Positions 27,674-37,971 of a DNA stretch of 64,000 nucleotides are shown here, piece by piece. How positions within the stretch are numbered: position 1 is the first letter of the stretch; each line of letters begins with the position of its first letter. The notes beneath the pieces were generated by a model that saw only the letters and a program-made list of their open reading frames with translations, was not told the origin of the DNA and did not search any database. Position numbers and translations under genes: made by a program. Source of the stretch: a virus (lineage: Duplodnaviria; Caudoviricetes); IMG/VR virus record IMGVR_UViG_3300037466_002336, positions 20,013 to 84,012 of that record. One strand, 5' to 3'.

Positions 27674-28089
27674 ACTGCGCGTGTGGATGCGGCCAGGACG
27701 CGGGCGTGTACACGCGCAACCGCGCTGACCTCGGCTACGTCAAGGGCGAGCCGCGCCGGTTCGTCCCAACGCACGGCGGTTCGAAGCGGTGGGTCAACCA
27801 CCCACCGCAGTACGTCGAGCAGCCCGGTCCGCTCAGCACGCCTTGCTGGATCTGGCAGCGAACAGTGCAGAACACCGGCTACGGCGAGCTCGTCCGTGAC
27901 GGGCGCAAGTGGCTAGCGCACGTGTGGTTCTACTTCCGGGCGACCGGGCGGCTGATGCCGAAGAACCACGTTCTGCACCATCGCTGCGGGAACAAGCTGT
28001 GCGTCAACCCAAGGCACGTGAAGCCGCTCACGCGCGGTGACCACCTGACGCGCCACACGATCGCGCGTCTCTTGGGGATACCCGCGTGA
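27670..28089 (+). CDS. HNH endonuclease
   Basis: CACGCG N-terminus; CWIWQ, GYG, AH, LHHRCGNKLCVNPRH. Confidence 0.85.
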   Translation: MNCACGCGQDAGVYTRNRADLGYVKGEPRRFVPTHGGSKRWVNHPPQYVEQPGPLSTPCWIWQRTVQNTGYGELVRDGRKWLAHVWFYFRATGRLMPKNHVLHHRCGNKLCVNPRHVKPLTRGDHLTRHTIARLLGIPA

Positions 28090-28484
28090 ACGCTCTCGCG
28101 AACTACTCGAGCCTGCGGGTGTTCTACGCGGCGAACCCGTCGCGCGAACGGTCGCCCGAGTGGGACTACGGCGTCGGATGGGCCGACACGGATCGTCCGT
28201 GGCCGACGTCGCGGCTCTCGTGGATCGTCGAGACGGGCGAGCTCTATCTGTACCGGTTCGGGGCCGACGGCACCAGCGACGCGGTGATCGTCGTGGCGGT
28301 GATCCCGAAGGTCGGCGAGTACCCGTACCCGACGGACGGCCGCCGTGAGGAGTCGTGGCGGGAGTTCAAGGACGCGCAGACCGTGGAGCGGGTGCTCGAC
28401 GGGTGGGCGGAACAGGGCGGCGACCTGTCGTGGCTGGAGGCCCGGCTCGCCGCGCACATCGAAACGGAGGTGGCAGCAGCATGA
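28086..28484 (+). CDS. Hypothetical protein
   Basis: 132 aa, coupled, GC3 bias. Confidence 0.55.
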   Translation: MNALANYSSLRVFYAANPSRERSPEWDYGVGWADTDRPWPTSRLSWIVETGELYLYRFGADGTSDAVIVVAVIPKVGEYPYPTDGRREESWREFKDAQTVERVLDGWAEQGGDLSWLEARLAAHIETEVAAA

Positions 28485-28729
28485 CGAAGTGGAAGGTGCT
28501 CAAGGTGACGGACTCGGACTCGCCGGTGGTGTTCATGCACGTCGGTGAGATCGAAAGTCGGTTCCACTACAGCCCGCCGGGCGTGCAGGAGATCGGCGAG
28601 GCGTTCGGTGTTGGGTCGTTCGTTCTGCTCGGGATCGGAGAAGGGCTCGACAGCTCGACGTGGCGCGAGATCACGATCGCACAGGACACACCGACGTTCG
28701 TCGAAACAGTCAACGAGGTGGCGGCGTGA
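28481..28729 (+). CDS. Hypothetical protein
   Basis: ATG 28481 after GGAGG. Confidence 0.5.
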   Translation: MTKWKVLKVTDSDSPVVFMHVGEIESRFHYSPPGVQEIGEAFGVGSFVLLGIGEGLDSSTWREITIAQDTPTFVETVNEVAA

Positions 28730-29130
28730 ACAAGGCGCTGATCATCGGCAATCTGACCCGCACACCGGAGCTTCGGCACACGTCGGGTGGCACCGCGGTG
28801 TGCGAGTTCTCGGTTGCGGTGAACGACCGCAAGCCGGACGGCAACGGCGGCTACGAGGAATACGCCCACTACTTCGACGTGGTGGTGTGGGGCAAGCAGG
28901 GCGAGAACTGCGCGCAGTGGCTCGACAAGGGCAAGAAGGTCGGTGTCACCGGCAAGCTCGACCATCAGCGGTGGGAGAAGGACGGGGTCAAGCACAGCCG
29001 CGTGAAGATCATCGCGGAGCCGTTCGGCGTCGACTTCCTCACACCGCGCGACGGCAACGGCGCGTCCCCGTCGGGTGCGAGCACGACCGCGCCGGACTTT
29101 CAGGGCGCCGACGACGACATCCCGTTCTAA
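28726..29130 (+). CDS. ssb: Single-stranded DNA-binding protein
   Basis: NKALIIGNLTRTPELR, FSVAVN, KGKKVGVTGKL, C-terminal DDDIPF. Confidence 0.95.
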   Translation: MNKALIIGNLTRTPELRHTSGGTAVCEFSVAVNDRKPDGNGGYEEYAHYFDVVVWGKQGENCAQWLDKGKKVGVTGKLDHQRWEKDGVKHSRVKIIAEPFGVDFLTPRDGNGASPSGASTTAPDFQGADDDIPF

Positions 29131-29181
29131 GACGGGATGCGTCGTCACGCACAGAGGCAACGAGGCAGAAGGGGGTAGCGC

Positions 29182-30300
29182 ATGAGCAACACAAAGACGA
29201 CGCCGGAGGAGAAGCTCGCCGGCGGCAAGATCGAGGTCGAACCGGGCACGCTCGGGAATCTCGCGCTCGCGCTTGGCGCCGCCGCGACCACGGTGACGCT
29301 CGGCGTGTCCGACTCACAGAAGGTCGAGCTCGACAAGGACCTCGACCCGAAGCGGATCAAGAAGAAGCCGGGCAAGGGGTACGACTACCTGGCCGTCCAC
29401 GACGTCGAGCGCACCGCAAACCGCATCTTCGGGTACGGCCGGTGGGGCACCGAGGTCGTCGACCTCGAGCATCTCGGCACCGTGCAGGTGACGAACACGA
29501 AGAACGAGAAGGGGTGGTACACCGGCTACCGGTGCACCGTGCGGCTCACCGTCGCCGGGTGTGAACCGGTCGACGGTGTCGGTTACGGCGACGCGTTCGA
29601 GAAGCAGTGGTCCGGCCAGATCACGACGCACGAGCTGGCGGCGAAGGAGGCCGAGAGCGACGCCGAGAAGCGGGCGTTCAAGAAGTACGGCGACCAGTTC
29701 GGGTTGATCCTGTACGCAAAGGACGACGAGAAGCGGAACATTGCTGCGGCGAAGGCGGAGGATGAGTACAACGCTGCGGCACCGGACGAGCTGGTGGCGG
29801 AGCTTCGCCGGATCGGGGAGAAGCTCGGGAACGTTGCGATCGGCAACGCGCTCGACGCTGAGATCGTCGAGCACGGCCGTGCCCGCACTGGCTGGCTGAC
29901 GCGTGCGCTCGCGAAGGCGCGCGAGATGGCGGCGAACGGTGCCGATACGGAGCCGTCCCCGGCCGCACAGGGGCCGCGGGAAGGGGTGGATACGGCTTCG
30001 GGCGATAAACCACCCGCTTCGGGGGATTCTGCACCACAGGGCGCCGTACAGGCTTCCGCCGGCGACGTCGCGACCGACGCACAGGTCAAGGAGTTCATTC
30101 GCCTGGCGGGGCTGCTCGGCGAGAAGGGTCACGCGCACGCAAACACGCTGATCGTGGAGCACCTGGCCGCGAACGACAACGTCGTGTCCGCCGGATGGCT
30201 TGCCGAGCAGACCGGCAACGTCGTGAAGGCGCTCGCGAAGGCGGGCATCGACACGAACGTGCAGGAGCAGATCGACGCCGCGTTCGGCGGTGCGGCGTGA
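29182..30300 (+). CDS. Rad52/Rad22-family single-strand annealing protein (Sak-like)
   Basis: YL...ANRIFGYGRW, GVGYG, AAKEAESDAEKRAFKKYGDQFGLILY. Confidence 0.85.
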   Translation: MSNTKTTPEEKLAGGKIEVEPGTLGNLALALGAAATTVTLGVSDSQKVELDKDLDPKRIKKKPGKGYDYLAVHDVERTANRIFGYGRWGTEVVDLEHLGTVQVTNTKNEKGWYTGYRCTVRLTVAGCEPVDGVGYGDAFEKQWSGQITTHELAAKEAESDAEKRAFKKYGDQFGLILYAKDDEKRNIAAAKAEDEYNAAAPDELVAELRRIGEKLGNVAIGNALDAEIVEHGRARTGWLTRALAKAREMAANGADTEPSPAAQGPREGVDTASGDKPPASGDSAPQGAVQASAGDVATDAQVKEFIRLAGLLGEKGHAHANTLIVEHLAANDNVVSAGWLAEQTGNVVKALAKAGIDTNVQEQIDAAFGGAA

Positions 30301-30575
30301 CCGCCACGGCTGACGCCTTGAAGGCGATCCGCGACCAGGCGCGCCGCGACACGCTCACGGCGGCAAGGTCGTGCGGGGAGGCTCTCTCGGTTGCAGGCAA
30401 GTCGTTCATCGCCACCGAAATCGAGGGGACGCTGATCGTCGTCGCGTGCGGCCGGTCGAAGGAGACGCTCGAGCGGTGGTTGCCGGAAGGGCTGTGTGAG
30501 AACGACTACGACTGCCCGGCCGAGATCGAGGTCGCCACACGCGAGCAGATCAAGCGCATCGAGGCTGCGTCGTGA
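30297..30575 (+). CDS. Hypothetical protein
   Basis: GTG 30297, coupled. Confidence 0.45.
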   Translation: MTATADALKAIRDQARRDTLTAARSCGEALSVAGKSFIATEIEGTLIVVACGRSKETLERWLPEGLCENDYDCPAEIEVATREQIKRIEAAS

Positions 30576-31225
30576 CCCGGGAGACGGAACACATCCCGGT
30601 CGGCGAACGCGAGACGCACACCGAGGCGCGCACCGAATGGGACGAGCTCGCCGCAGCGTACGCCGAACAGAAGGACGCACCGACCGAGGCTCTCGCCTCG
30701 GCGGTGCTCGCCGAGCATGAATCGCCGGAGCTGCACGAGCTGGCGATCCGTGACGCGATCGCGCGTATCCGTGTGCTCGACCGTGACCGCACCCGGACGA
30801 AGCGGCTCGCCGCCGTCATCAGCGAGCGGTACCGCGAGCAGGTCAAGCGTGCGGACGCGGAGGAGGCGGCGCTCCGCGACAGCCTGGTCACCTACTTGAA
30901 GGCGAACGGCGGCAAGGCGGTGTCGTTCCCCGACGTCGGCGGTGTGCATCTGACGACGGTGAACAAGGGCGGTAAGGCGAAAGTCGTCGACGCGGTGGCG
31001 TTCCAGGTGTGGGCGGAGGCGAACTTCACGCCGGAGCAGTACGACGCGTGCCTCGGCGAGCGGCCGTTCCTGCCGGAGCGCGCGCTCGAGCGGCTCGACG
31101 CCGACGGGGTGAAGCCGACGGCGACCGGCAACCTCGTGCACACGCCGACCGGTCAGGTGGTCGAGGTCGACGGGGTGGAGGCGCTCGCGGAGGACAAGTC
31201 GCTGGTCGTGAAGGGCGGCAAGTGA
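30572..31225 (+). CDS. Coiled-coil protein, Mu Gam/Gp157-like
   Basis: Long helix then LVTYL...KAVSFPDVGGV; recombination module context. Confidence 0.45.
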   Translation: MTRETEHIPVGERETHTEARTEWDELAAAYAEQKDAPTEALASAVLAEHESPELHELAIRDAIARIRVLDRDRTRTKRLAAVISERYREQVKRADAEEAALRDSLVTYLKANGGKAVSFPDVGGVHLTTVNKGGKAKVVDAVAFQVWAEANFTPEQYDACLGERPFLPERALERLDADGVKPTATGNLVHTPTGQVVEVDGVEALAEDKSLVVKGGK

Positions 31226-31313
31226 GCTGTTCGGAGACGTGCGAGGAGCGGCGCCTGCGGCGACGCCGCGAGCGATTCGAGGCGCGGTACGGGAAGCCGT
31301 GGCCGGTGGCGGC

Positions 31314-32285
31314 ATGAGCCGCATCAGCACGAACGTGAAGTGGTCGATGGTGCCGGAGTGGATCAGCGACCACGAGCAGGCGGGGTTGAGCCATGCTGCG
31401 GTGCGCCTGTACGCGATCCTGTGGCGCTTCGCGAACAGCGAGGGCGAGGGTGCGATCCCGAGCCGCGGCCTGCTCGCGAAGCGCATGGGACTCAAGGCGC
31501 TGGATCAGGTCGACAAGGCGAAGCGCGAGCTGGTCGCAGCGGGTGCGCTCGAGGTCGTCAACCGCCGCTCGAACGGGCGGCAGACGACGAACGAGTACAA
31601 GCTCAGCCAGGCGCCACCGCCGGGCCGGGGAAAGCAGGGTCGGGAAAAGCCGACCCTGGAAAAGCCGACTCGGGAAAACCCGACACATAACGAGAGCCAG
31701 GGTTTGAACGAAAGGTCTGTACCTAGCGGTACAGACGCGCCGACGTTGCCGGGCATGGACGTGCCGGTGGTCGAGAAGCCGAAGCGTGAACGGCCGCCGG
31801 ACCTTCTATGGGAGGCGATGGTCGAGGCGCTCGGCAAGCCGCCGCTCACCGAGAGCGCGAAGGGCGCGTGGCGGAAGGCGATCAAGGAACTGCGCGATGC
31901 CGGTGCGACTCCCGACGAGATCCGCGCCGCCGCGGTGGCGTACCGCCGCGAGTGGCCGGACATCACGATCACGCCGACGGCGCTCGCGAAGCACTGGCAC
32001 GTGTTCGTCGGCGTCGCCGAGAACGACACGCCCATCGGCAAGGCTCAGCGGTGGGTTCGCACAGCCGGACGCGAGCTGCCCGACGCGATCTTCGAGGACC
32101 ACCTTGAAACGCGGAAGGGTCTGACGGACGAGCAGCGCGCCGAGCTGCGCGCGTTGCGCGCGACGTTGATCGCGGAGGACGCGGCGACGGAGAAGCTCGC
32201 CGCCGCGACCGTCGGCGACGGTGATTACGACGCTCACGCGTACTCGAACGGCGCGTTCGACGGCCCGGTCGGGGGGACGGCGTGA
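31314..32285 (+). CDS. Replication initiator with N-terminal wHTH
   Basis: WSMVPEWI...AVRLYAILWRFA...IPSRGLLAKRMG...NEYKL; internal iteron-like repeats. Confidence 0.75.
   Translation: MSRISTNVKWSMVPEWISDHEQAGLSHAAVRLYAILWRFANSEGEGAIPSRGLLAKRMGLKALDQVDKAKRELVAAGALEVVNRRSNGRQTTNEYKLSQAPPPGRGKQGREKPTLEKPTRENPTHNESQGLNERSVPSGTDAPTLPGMDVPVVEKPKRERPPDLLWEAMVEALGKPPLTESAKGAWRKAIKELRDAGATPDEIRAAAVAYRREWPDITITPTALAKHWHVFVGVAENDTPIGKAQRWVRTAGRELPDAIFEDHLETRKGLTDEQRAELRALRATLIAEDAATEKLAAATVGDGDYDAHAYSNGAFDGPVGGTA
31626..31685 (+). repeat. Four 15-bp tandem repeats, consensus CGGGAAAAGCCGACN; candidate ori iterons
   Basis: Units start at 31626, 31641, 31656, 31671. Confidence 0.75.
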
Positions 32286-32719
32286 GCAAGCCGACACGGA
32301 AGCTCGCCGCGAAGAACGCGCCCGCCGGCGCGGTGAAGCTGTGCGGACATTGCCGGTGGATCGAAGGCGGACACATGCCGGAGAAGGTGCTTCAGACGAA
32401 GGTGGAGGAGTACGCCACCCTCAACGGCTGGTTGTTTCTGCACATCAACGACTCGCGCATCCCGGTTCGCAAGGGAGGCCGGACTGTGTGGGTCGGTGAC
32501 GAGGACACGTCCGGGTTCCCGGACCTGCTGCTGCTGCATCCGCGGCGGGGGCTGCTCGTGGTGCGGGAGCTGAAGAAGTGCGACGGCCGGGTGACGGCCA
32601 AGCAGAAGCAATGGCTCGACGCGTTTGTGGCCGCGGGCGTCGACGCAGGTGTGTGGCGGCCTTCCAACCTGCCCGACATCGAGGCGACGCTCGGGCGTTT
32701 GACGACGGAGGTGAGATAG
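32282..32719 (+). CDS. VRR-NUC domain nuclease
   Basis: EKVLQ..V, SGFPDLLLL, RELK...GRVTAKQKQWL. Confidence 0.85.
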   Translation: MSKPTRKLAAKNAPAGAVKLCGHCRWIEGGHMPEKVLQTKVEEYATLNGWLFLHINDSRIPVRKGGRTVWVGDEDTSGFPDLLLLHPRRGLLVVRELKKCDGRVTAKQKQWLDAFVAAGVDAGVWRPSNLPDIEATLGRLTTEVR

Positions 32720-33403
32720 TGGAACAGATCGAGTACGAGCCGTCGGTGCGCATCGAGCACATCGCGGTCAGCGACAAGACCATCGAGGTGATTGCGCGGA
32801 AGGCGCTCGCGTCGCAGGACACCGAGTTCCGTGCGCACGCCGAGCTGCTGCTCGGCCGCTACCAGGTGGCACGCGAGCACACCGAACGCGAGGCCGGCGC
32901 GTCGAGGAAGGTGCTCGCATGAACCTCGGTGACTACGACCGGCGGCTCACCGACACCGCCCGTGCGGTCGCCGACGAGCTCGGTGAGTCGTGGGTGTCGC
33001 TCAGCTACGACGAGCGGCAGCGGTACCGTGACATCGCCGCGTTCGTGATCCGCCGCGAGGACGAAGCTGCGCGTGACGTGCTCCACGCGGCCACCCTCGG
33101 TGATGTGGTGGTGCCGGCGTGACCAAGCTGACGCGCGGTCGCAAGTCGTTCAACGGGGCCGAGATGCACCCGACCGAGGTGTTCTTCTGGTTGCGCGGTC
33201 AGGATGTGCTCGCGCCGCCGGCGTTGCAGGCGTACGCGAACGCGTGCCGGTCCGCTGCTGCGGCGCTCGTCGAGCTCGGTACGCCGGAGGCTGTAGTTCG
33301 GGCGGGCGAGCTGCGCGAGTTCGCCACTGACGTCAGCCACGTCGCCGCCGAGATGATCCAGTGGCAGGCGGAGCATCCTGAGCTTGTGGGGTTGCCGGAC
33401 TAG
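32719..33403 (+). CDS. Three small coupled hypotheticals (32719-32922, 32919-33122, 33119-33403)
   Basis: ATGA/GTGA overlaps and GC3 bias. Confidence 0.5.
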
Positions 33404-33472
33404 CCATCGGTGTTCTGGAGCGGGCCGCCCGACCGGTGTGTGAAGGTTGGCGGCCCGCAACGATTGGGACGC

Positions 33473-33501
33473 GCCGGGCAGGGCGCGAAAGGAGGTAGTG
33501 G
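33473..33501 (+). promoter_or_regulatory. Leader motif GCCGGGCAGGG...AGGAGGTAGTGG (copy 1)
   Basis: Both parts exact; TTG at 33506. Confidence 0.7.
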
Positions 33502-33505
33502 ACAC

Positions 33506-34150
33506 TTGACTTGTAGCTGTAGGCCGTACGCGCAGGACATCTCGTGCGAGGTGCACGAATCAAGGCTGCGGACGCTGACCGGACGGAAAGGGCCGTGCCT
33601 GCTGATGTACACCGGCGCGGTCGTGTGGCCGCTCGACCCGCGACCGGACGACATCAAGATCGCCGACGTCGCGCATCACCTGTCGAACCTGTGCAGGTTC
33701 ACCGGCGGGACACGCAAGTTCTACAGCGTGGCGCAGCATTCCTGTCACGTCGCGGACGCGCTCGGCCCGTGCGATCCGTCGCTTGCGGCGTGGGGGCTGC
33801 TGCATGACGCGTCGGAGGCGTACCTCGGTGACATCGCACGGCCGACGAAGCATGCCGTCGCCGGGTTCGGCGAGGCGTACCGGCAGGCGGAGGACAGGCT
33901 GATGCGGGTGATCGCGGAACGGTTCGGCCTGCACGGCGACGAGCCGGATGCGGTGAAGGACGTCGACGACCGGATGGTCGTCACCGAGGCACGCGACCTG
34001 ATGCCGGGCAAGCCGCCGTTCGTCGAGCTCGAGTTCCCGGACGTGCAGCCGTACGACTGGTCGGTTCGGCCGTGGACACCCGACGAGGCGAAGACCGAGT
34101 TCCTGTTGCGGTTCCGTGTGCTGCTCGCGCAGGGTGCGGTGCGCCCGTGA
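33506..34150 (+). CDS. HD-domain phosphohydrolase (YfbR-like nucleotidase)
   Basis: IADVAHHLSNLCRFTG...YSVAQHS...LLHDASEAYLGDI. Confidence 0.85.
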   Translation: MTCSCRPYAQDISCEVHESRLRTLTGRKGPCLLMYTGAVVWPLDPRPDDIKIADVAHHLSNLCRFTGGTRKFYSVAQHSCHVADALGPCDPSLAAWGLLHDASEAYLGDIARPTKHAVAGFGEAYRQAEDRLMRVIAERFGLHGDEPDAVKDVDDRMVVTEARDLMPGKPPFVELEFPDVQPYDWSVRPWTPDEAKTEFLLRFRVLLAQGAVRP

Positions 34151-34650
34151 AGGCGCTGACGTTGACACAACCGTGGGCGTCCCTGGTCGCGGTCGGTGCG
34201 AAGCGCATCGAGACGAGGTCGTGGAGCACCCGCTACCGCGGCCCGCTGGTGATCCACGCGGCGAAAGGGCTCGGGTCGGTCGGAGGTGCGCGCGGGCTGC
34301 TCGACACGGTGAAGCAGGAGCCGTTCCACGAGGCGCTGCGGCCGTTGTACGAGAACACACCCGGCGAGCTGTCGCTGCCGCTCGGCTGCATCGTCGCGAT
34401 CGCACGACTCGTCGACGTTGTGCGCACAGAGACGCTCACCGCCCTGCCGTTCTGGCAGGGCTTCAGCGACGACGAGCGGGCGTTCGGCGACTACACACCA
34501 GGCCGGTACGGGTGGGTCCTCGAGTCCGTCGAGCCGTTCCCGGAGCCGGTGCCGTGCAAGGGCGCGTTGGGGCTGTGGGAGGTGCCGTACCCGCAAGCGT
34601 CGGCTGTGGTCGACCTCGCGCTCCACACATGGGGAGGTGTCCCATCGTGA
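34147..34650 (+). CDS. ASCH domain protein
   Basis: KALTLTQPWASLV..GAKRIETRSW.TRYRGPLVIHAAK. Confidence 0.9.
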   Translation: MKALTLTQPWASLVAVGAKRIETRSWSTRYRGPLVIHAAKGLGSVGGARGLLDTVKQEPFHEALRPLYENTPGELSLPLGCIVAIARLVDVVRTETLTALPFWQGFSDDERAFGDYTPGRYGWVLESVEPFPEPVPCKGALGLWEVPYPQASAVVDLALHTWGGVPS

Positions 34651-36296
34651 GCACGTTGTTCGACGAGACACAGGAGACGACGCGGGCAATCAGCCTGCGC
34701 CCGTACCAGGAGGAAGCGAAGCTCGCGATCCATACCGCGTTCGAAACGTTCGACCGTGCGCTGATCCAGCTACCGACAGGGTGCGGCAAGACGATCGTGT
34801 TCGCGGCGACCGCACACGAGATGGGCTACCCGGTGCTGGTGATCGCACACCGTGACGAGCTGCTCGACCAGGCGGCGGAGAAGTTCCGCATGTGGGACCC
34901 CGGCGTCACCGTCGGCAAGGTAAAAGCAGAGTCCGACCAGTGGTGGACGGAGGTTGTGGTCGCGTCCATCCAAACGCTGTGGCGGCCGAAGCGGCTGGAG
35001 AAGCTCCGGCGGGTGCTCCGACAGAGGCCGTTCAAGCTCGCGGTCGTCGACGAGGCGCACCACGCGCCCGCCGACAGCTATCAGAAGGTGCTTGCAGTGC
35101 TGCACGAGTTCGACGTGCCGGTGTTGGGCGTCACCGCAACACCGGAGCGCGGCACCGGCGGCGGCCTAGAGGGAGTGTGGCCGACGCTCGCCTACCAGTA
35201 CCCGATCCTTCGCGCGATCCAGGACGGCTACCTGTCCGACGTGCGCGGCCTGCGCGTCGAGTTGAAGGAAGCGAACCTCGACCGGTTGAAGGTCAACCGT
35301 GGCGACTGGCAGGACGGCCAGATGGCCGAGATGCTGCACGACGCCGGCGCGCCCGGCTACGCGGTGAAGGCGTACCTCGAACACGCACCCGACCGGAAAG
35401 GGATCGTGTTCACACCGACGGTTGATCTTGCCTACGAGATGGCCGCCGCGTTCAACGACGCCGGGGTGCCCGCCGCGGCGATCAACGGCAACACGCCACG
35501 GACGGAGCGGCAGAAGGTGTATAGGGCGTTGCGCGAGGGGACGCTACGCATCGTCGCGAACGCGTCGGTGCTCACCGAGGGGTTCGACGAGCCGTCCGTT
35601 GACCTTGTCGTGATCGCCCGGCCGACGCTGTCACGGGTGCTGTACGTGCAGATGGTCGGCAGGGCGATGCGTTTGTTCCCCGGCAAGACCGACTGTCTCG
35701 TGATGGACCTCGTCGGCGTCACGGAGAAGCACAAGCTGCAATCGGTCGCCAACCTGTTCGGCGTTCGGGAGGAGATGATGCAGCGCGGCATGTCCGCTGC
35801 GGAGGCGGTGGCGGTGCAGGAGGCGCAGGACGCGGAGGAGCACGCCGAGCAGAAGCGTCTTGCCGAGATCGAAGCTCAGGTCATCGACCTGTTCACACAG
35901 CAGCGGCTCAACTGGATGAAGCTGCACCCGGAGCTGTGGGTGTTGCGCGGCCAGCAAGGGCAGCTCGAGCTTCGCGCGCAAGGCGACGGGACGTGGTCGG
36001 CGGCGTACAACCCCGACGACAAGCGCAGGCACCAGTACAACGTGCTCGACACCGGTGTGCCGTTGGAGGTCGCGCAAGGGCTGGCGGAGGACTATGTGCG
36101 GCGCGCCGGGGCGGAGCATTTGGTCGACCGGAACGCGCCGTGGCGGTCGAAGCCGGTGATGCGCGGGCAGATGGCCGCGTTGGCGAAGTGGGGCGTCGAC
36201 GGCGACCGGATCGCGACGCTCGCGACCGCCGGTGAGGCGTCCGACCTGCTCAGCGAGATGATCGCTAGGTCGCGGGCGAAAGGGGTGAAGGCGTGA
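34647..36296 (+). CDS. Superfamily II DEAD/DEAH-box helicase
   Basis: LRPYQ, PTGCGKT, VDEAHH, GVTATP, LTEGFDEP, QMVGR. Confidence 0.92.
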   Translation: MSTLFDETQETTRAISLRPYQEEAKLAIHTAFETFDRALIQLPTGCGKTIVFAATAHEMGYPVLVIAHRDELLDQAAEKFRMWDPGVTVGKVKAESDQWWTEVVVASIQTLWRPKRLEKLRRVLRQRPFKLAVVDEAHHAPADSYQKVLAVLHEFDVPVLGVTATPERGTGGGLEGVWPTLAYQYPILRAIQDGYLSDVRGLRVELKEANLDRLKVNRGDWQDGQMAEMLHDAGAPGYAVKAYLEHAPDRKGIVFTPTVDLAYEMAAAFNDAGVPAAAINGNTPRTERQKVYRALREGTLRIVANASVLTEGFDEPSVDLVVIARPTLSRVLYVQMVGRAMRLFPGKTDCLVMDLVGVTEKHKLQSVANLFGVREEMMQRGMSAAEAVAVQEAQDAEEHAEQKRLAEIEAQVIDLFTQQRLNWMKLHPELWVLRGQQGQLELRAQGDGTWSAAYNPDDKRRHQYNVLDTGVPLEVAQGLAEDYVRRAGAEHLVDRNAPWRSKPVMRGQMAALAKWGVDGDRIATLATAGEASDLLSEMIARSRAKGVKA

Positions 36297-37627
36297 CCGC
36301 GCAGCCAAGGCAGCAGACGGCGCCGCTGCCGCCGCAGAACCTTGACTCGGAGGAGTCGGTGTTGGGGGCGATGATGCTCGCGAAGGCCGCGGTCGTTGCC
36401 GTCGCCGAAACAGGTCTACGCGCCGAGCACTTCTATCGTGAGTCGCACGGGGTCATTTACGACGCGATGTTGGCGCTTGACGAACGCGGCGAAGCCGTCG
36501 ACGCGATCACCGTCGCCGACGAGCTCGACCGGACGGGCATGCTCGTCAAGGTGCCCGACGGCGCGGAGCGTGTACACGAGTTGGCCGCGTTGGTGCCGGC
36601 GGCGTCGAACGCTGCGCACTACGCCCGCATCGTCCGTGAGATGGCGACGCTGCGCGGCCTGATCCGTGCCGGGAACGACATCGCACGGCTCGGTTTCGAC
36701 CGTCCCGGCGACACCGCCGAGCTTGTCGACCAGGCGGAACGCATCGTGTTCGACCTGGCCGCCGGCGACGAGCACGGGCAGACGTACAACATGCGCGAGA
36801 TCCTCGAGGAGCGGTACCGGGCGCTCGTTGACGCGCACCGTGAGGGCCGCAAGATCAACGGTCTGCCGACCGGGTTCGCGAAGCTCGACGACCTGTTGTC
36901 GGGTTTGCAGCCGGGGTCGTTGGTGATCGTTGCGGCCCGCCCGTCGATGGGCAAGTCTGCGTTCGTTGTGAACGTCGCGACGAACGTGGTGCAGCACGAC
37001 GTGCCGGTGCTTCTGTTCACGTTGGAGATGTCCAGGGCGGAGGTCGCGCAACGGGTCATCATCAGCGAGGGTCTGATCGACGGCCAGAAGGCGCGCAGCT
37101 CGTCGCTGACCGCAGACGATTGGGACAAGCTGAAGTCGGCGTGTAAGGCGCTTGCTGACAAGCCGTTGCTGATCGACGAGACACCGGCGATCACGGTGAC
37201 GGAGGTGCGCGCGAAGGCGCGCCGGTTGAAGGCGAAGCATCCGAACCTTGGGCTTGTGGTCGTCGACTACTTGCAGATCATGGGGATGCCGGACGGCGAG
37301 AACCGCACGCAGCAGGTCGGCCGTGTCACGGCCGCGTTGAAGGCGCTCGCGCGCGAGCTTGAGGTGCCGGTGGTGGCGCTGTCGCAGCTCTCACGTGAGG
37401 TGGAGAAGCGGCATGACAAGCGGCCGACGTTGGCGGACCTTCGCGACTCGGGGAGCATCGAGCAGGACGCCGACGTGGTGATGTTCTTGTACCGCGACGA
37501 TCACTACCACGAGGACAGCGACCACGCCGGGACCGCCGAGGTGATCGTGGCGAAGCAGCGCAACGGCCCGACGGACACGGTGCGGCTCGCGTTCCGCAGC
37601 AGGTTCACCCGGTTCGACAACCTGTGA
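36293..37627 (+). CDS. dnaB: Replicative DNA helicase
   Basis: PPQNLDSEESVLGA, AARPSMGKS, VDYLQ, LSQLSR, DLRDSGSIEQDAD, KQRNGP. Confidence 0.95.
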   Translation: MTAQPRQQTAPLPPQNLDSEESVLGAMMLAKAAVVAVAETGLRAEHFYRESHGVIYDAMLALDERGEAVDAITVADELDRTGMLVKVPDGAERVHELAALVPAASNAAHYARIVREMATLRGLIRAGNDIARLGFDRPGDTAELVDQAERIVFDLAAGDEHGQTYNMREILEERYRALVDAHREGRKINGLPTGFAKLDDLLSGLQPGSLVIVAARPSMGKSAFVVNVATNVVQHDVPVLLFTLEMSRAEVAQRVIISEGLIDGQKARSSSLTADDWDKLKSACKALADKPLLIDETPAITVTEVRAKARRLKAKHPNLGLVVVDYLQIMGMPDGENRTQQVGRVTAALKALARELEVPVVALSQLSREVEKRHDKRPTLADLRDSGSIEQDADVVMFLYRDDHYHEDSDHAGTAEVIVAKQRNGPTDTVRLAFRSRFTRFDNL

Positions 37628-37933
37628 TGCAACACGTCCGGGTGGATCACCCAACCGAAGTGTTTGAAGATTCTGTGAACTTGTCTTGCGGAACACAGGC
37701 TGGAGAGTGAACATGCGGGAGCAACGCACGAACGGACATTGACAACCGAGCCAGCACCACGGGGAACGCAAACCCTCGAACCCCGTCCGGCCGAACCAAA
37801 TGACAGCGGTGGCACCGCTCACCAACAGCAGGGAGACGATCACTCCCAGGCCGCACGAATAGGGCAACGCCGGAGACGGCGACGCAGCGGCGCAGCGGCC
37901 CCGTGATGCAGGCTCGGAAGTCACCAAACCGTC

Positions 37934-37968
37934 GCCGGGCAGGGCGACACCGACCAAGGAGGTAGTGG
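37934..37968 (+). promoter_or_regulatory. Leader motif GCCGGGCAGGG...AGGAGGTAGTGG (copy 2)
   Basis: Followed by AACATG at the 37972 start. Confidence 0.75.
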
Positions 37969-37971
37969 AAC

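Noticed and set aside
37760-37820. Partial likeness to a c-di-GMP-I riboswitch (GGGGAACGCAAA...CCGGCC...GACAGCGG)
   Set aside because: GAAA tetraloop stem and element spacing do not fit; would need an Infernal hit
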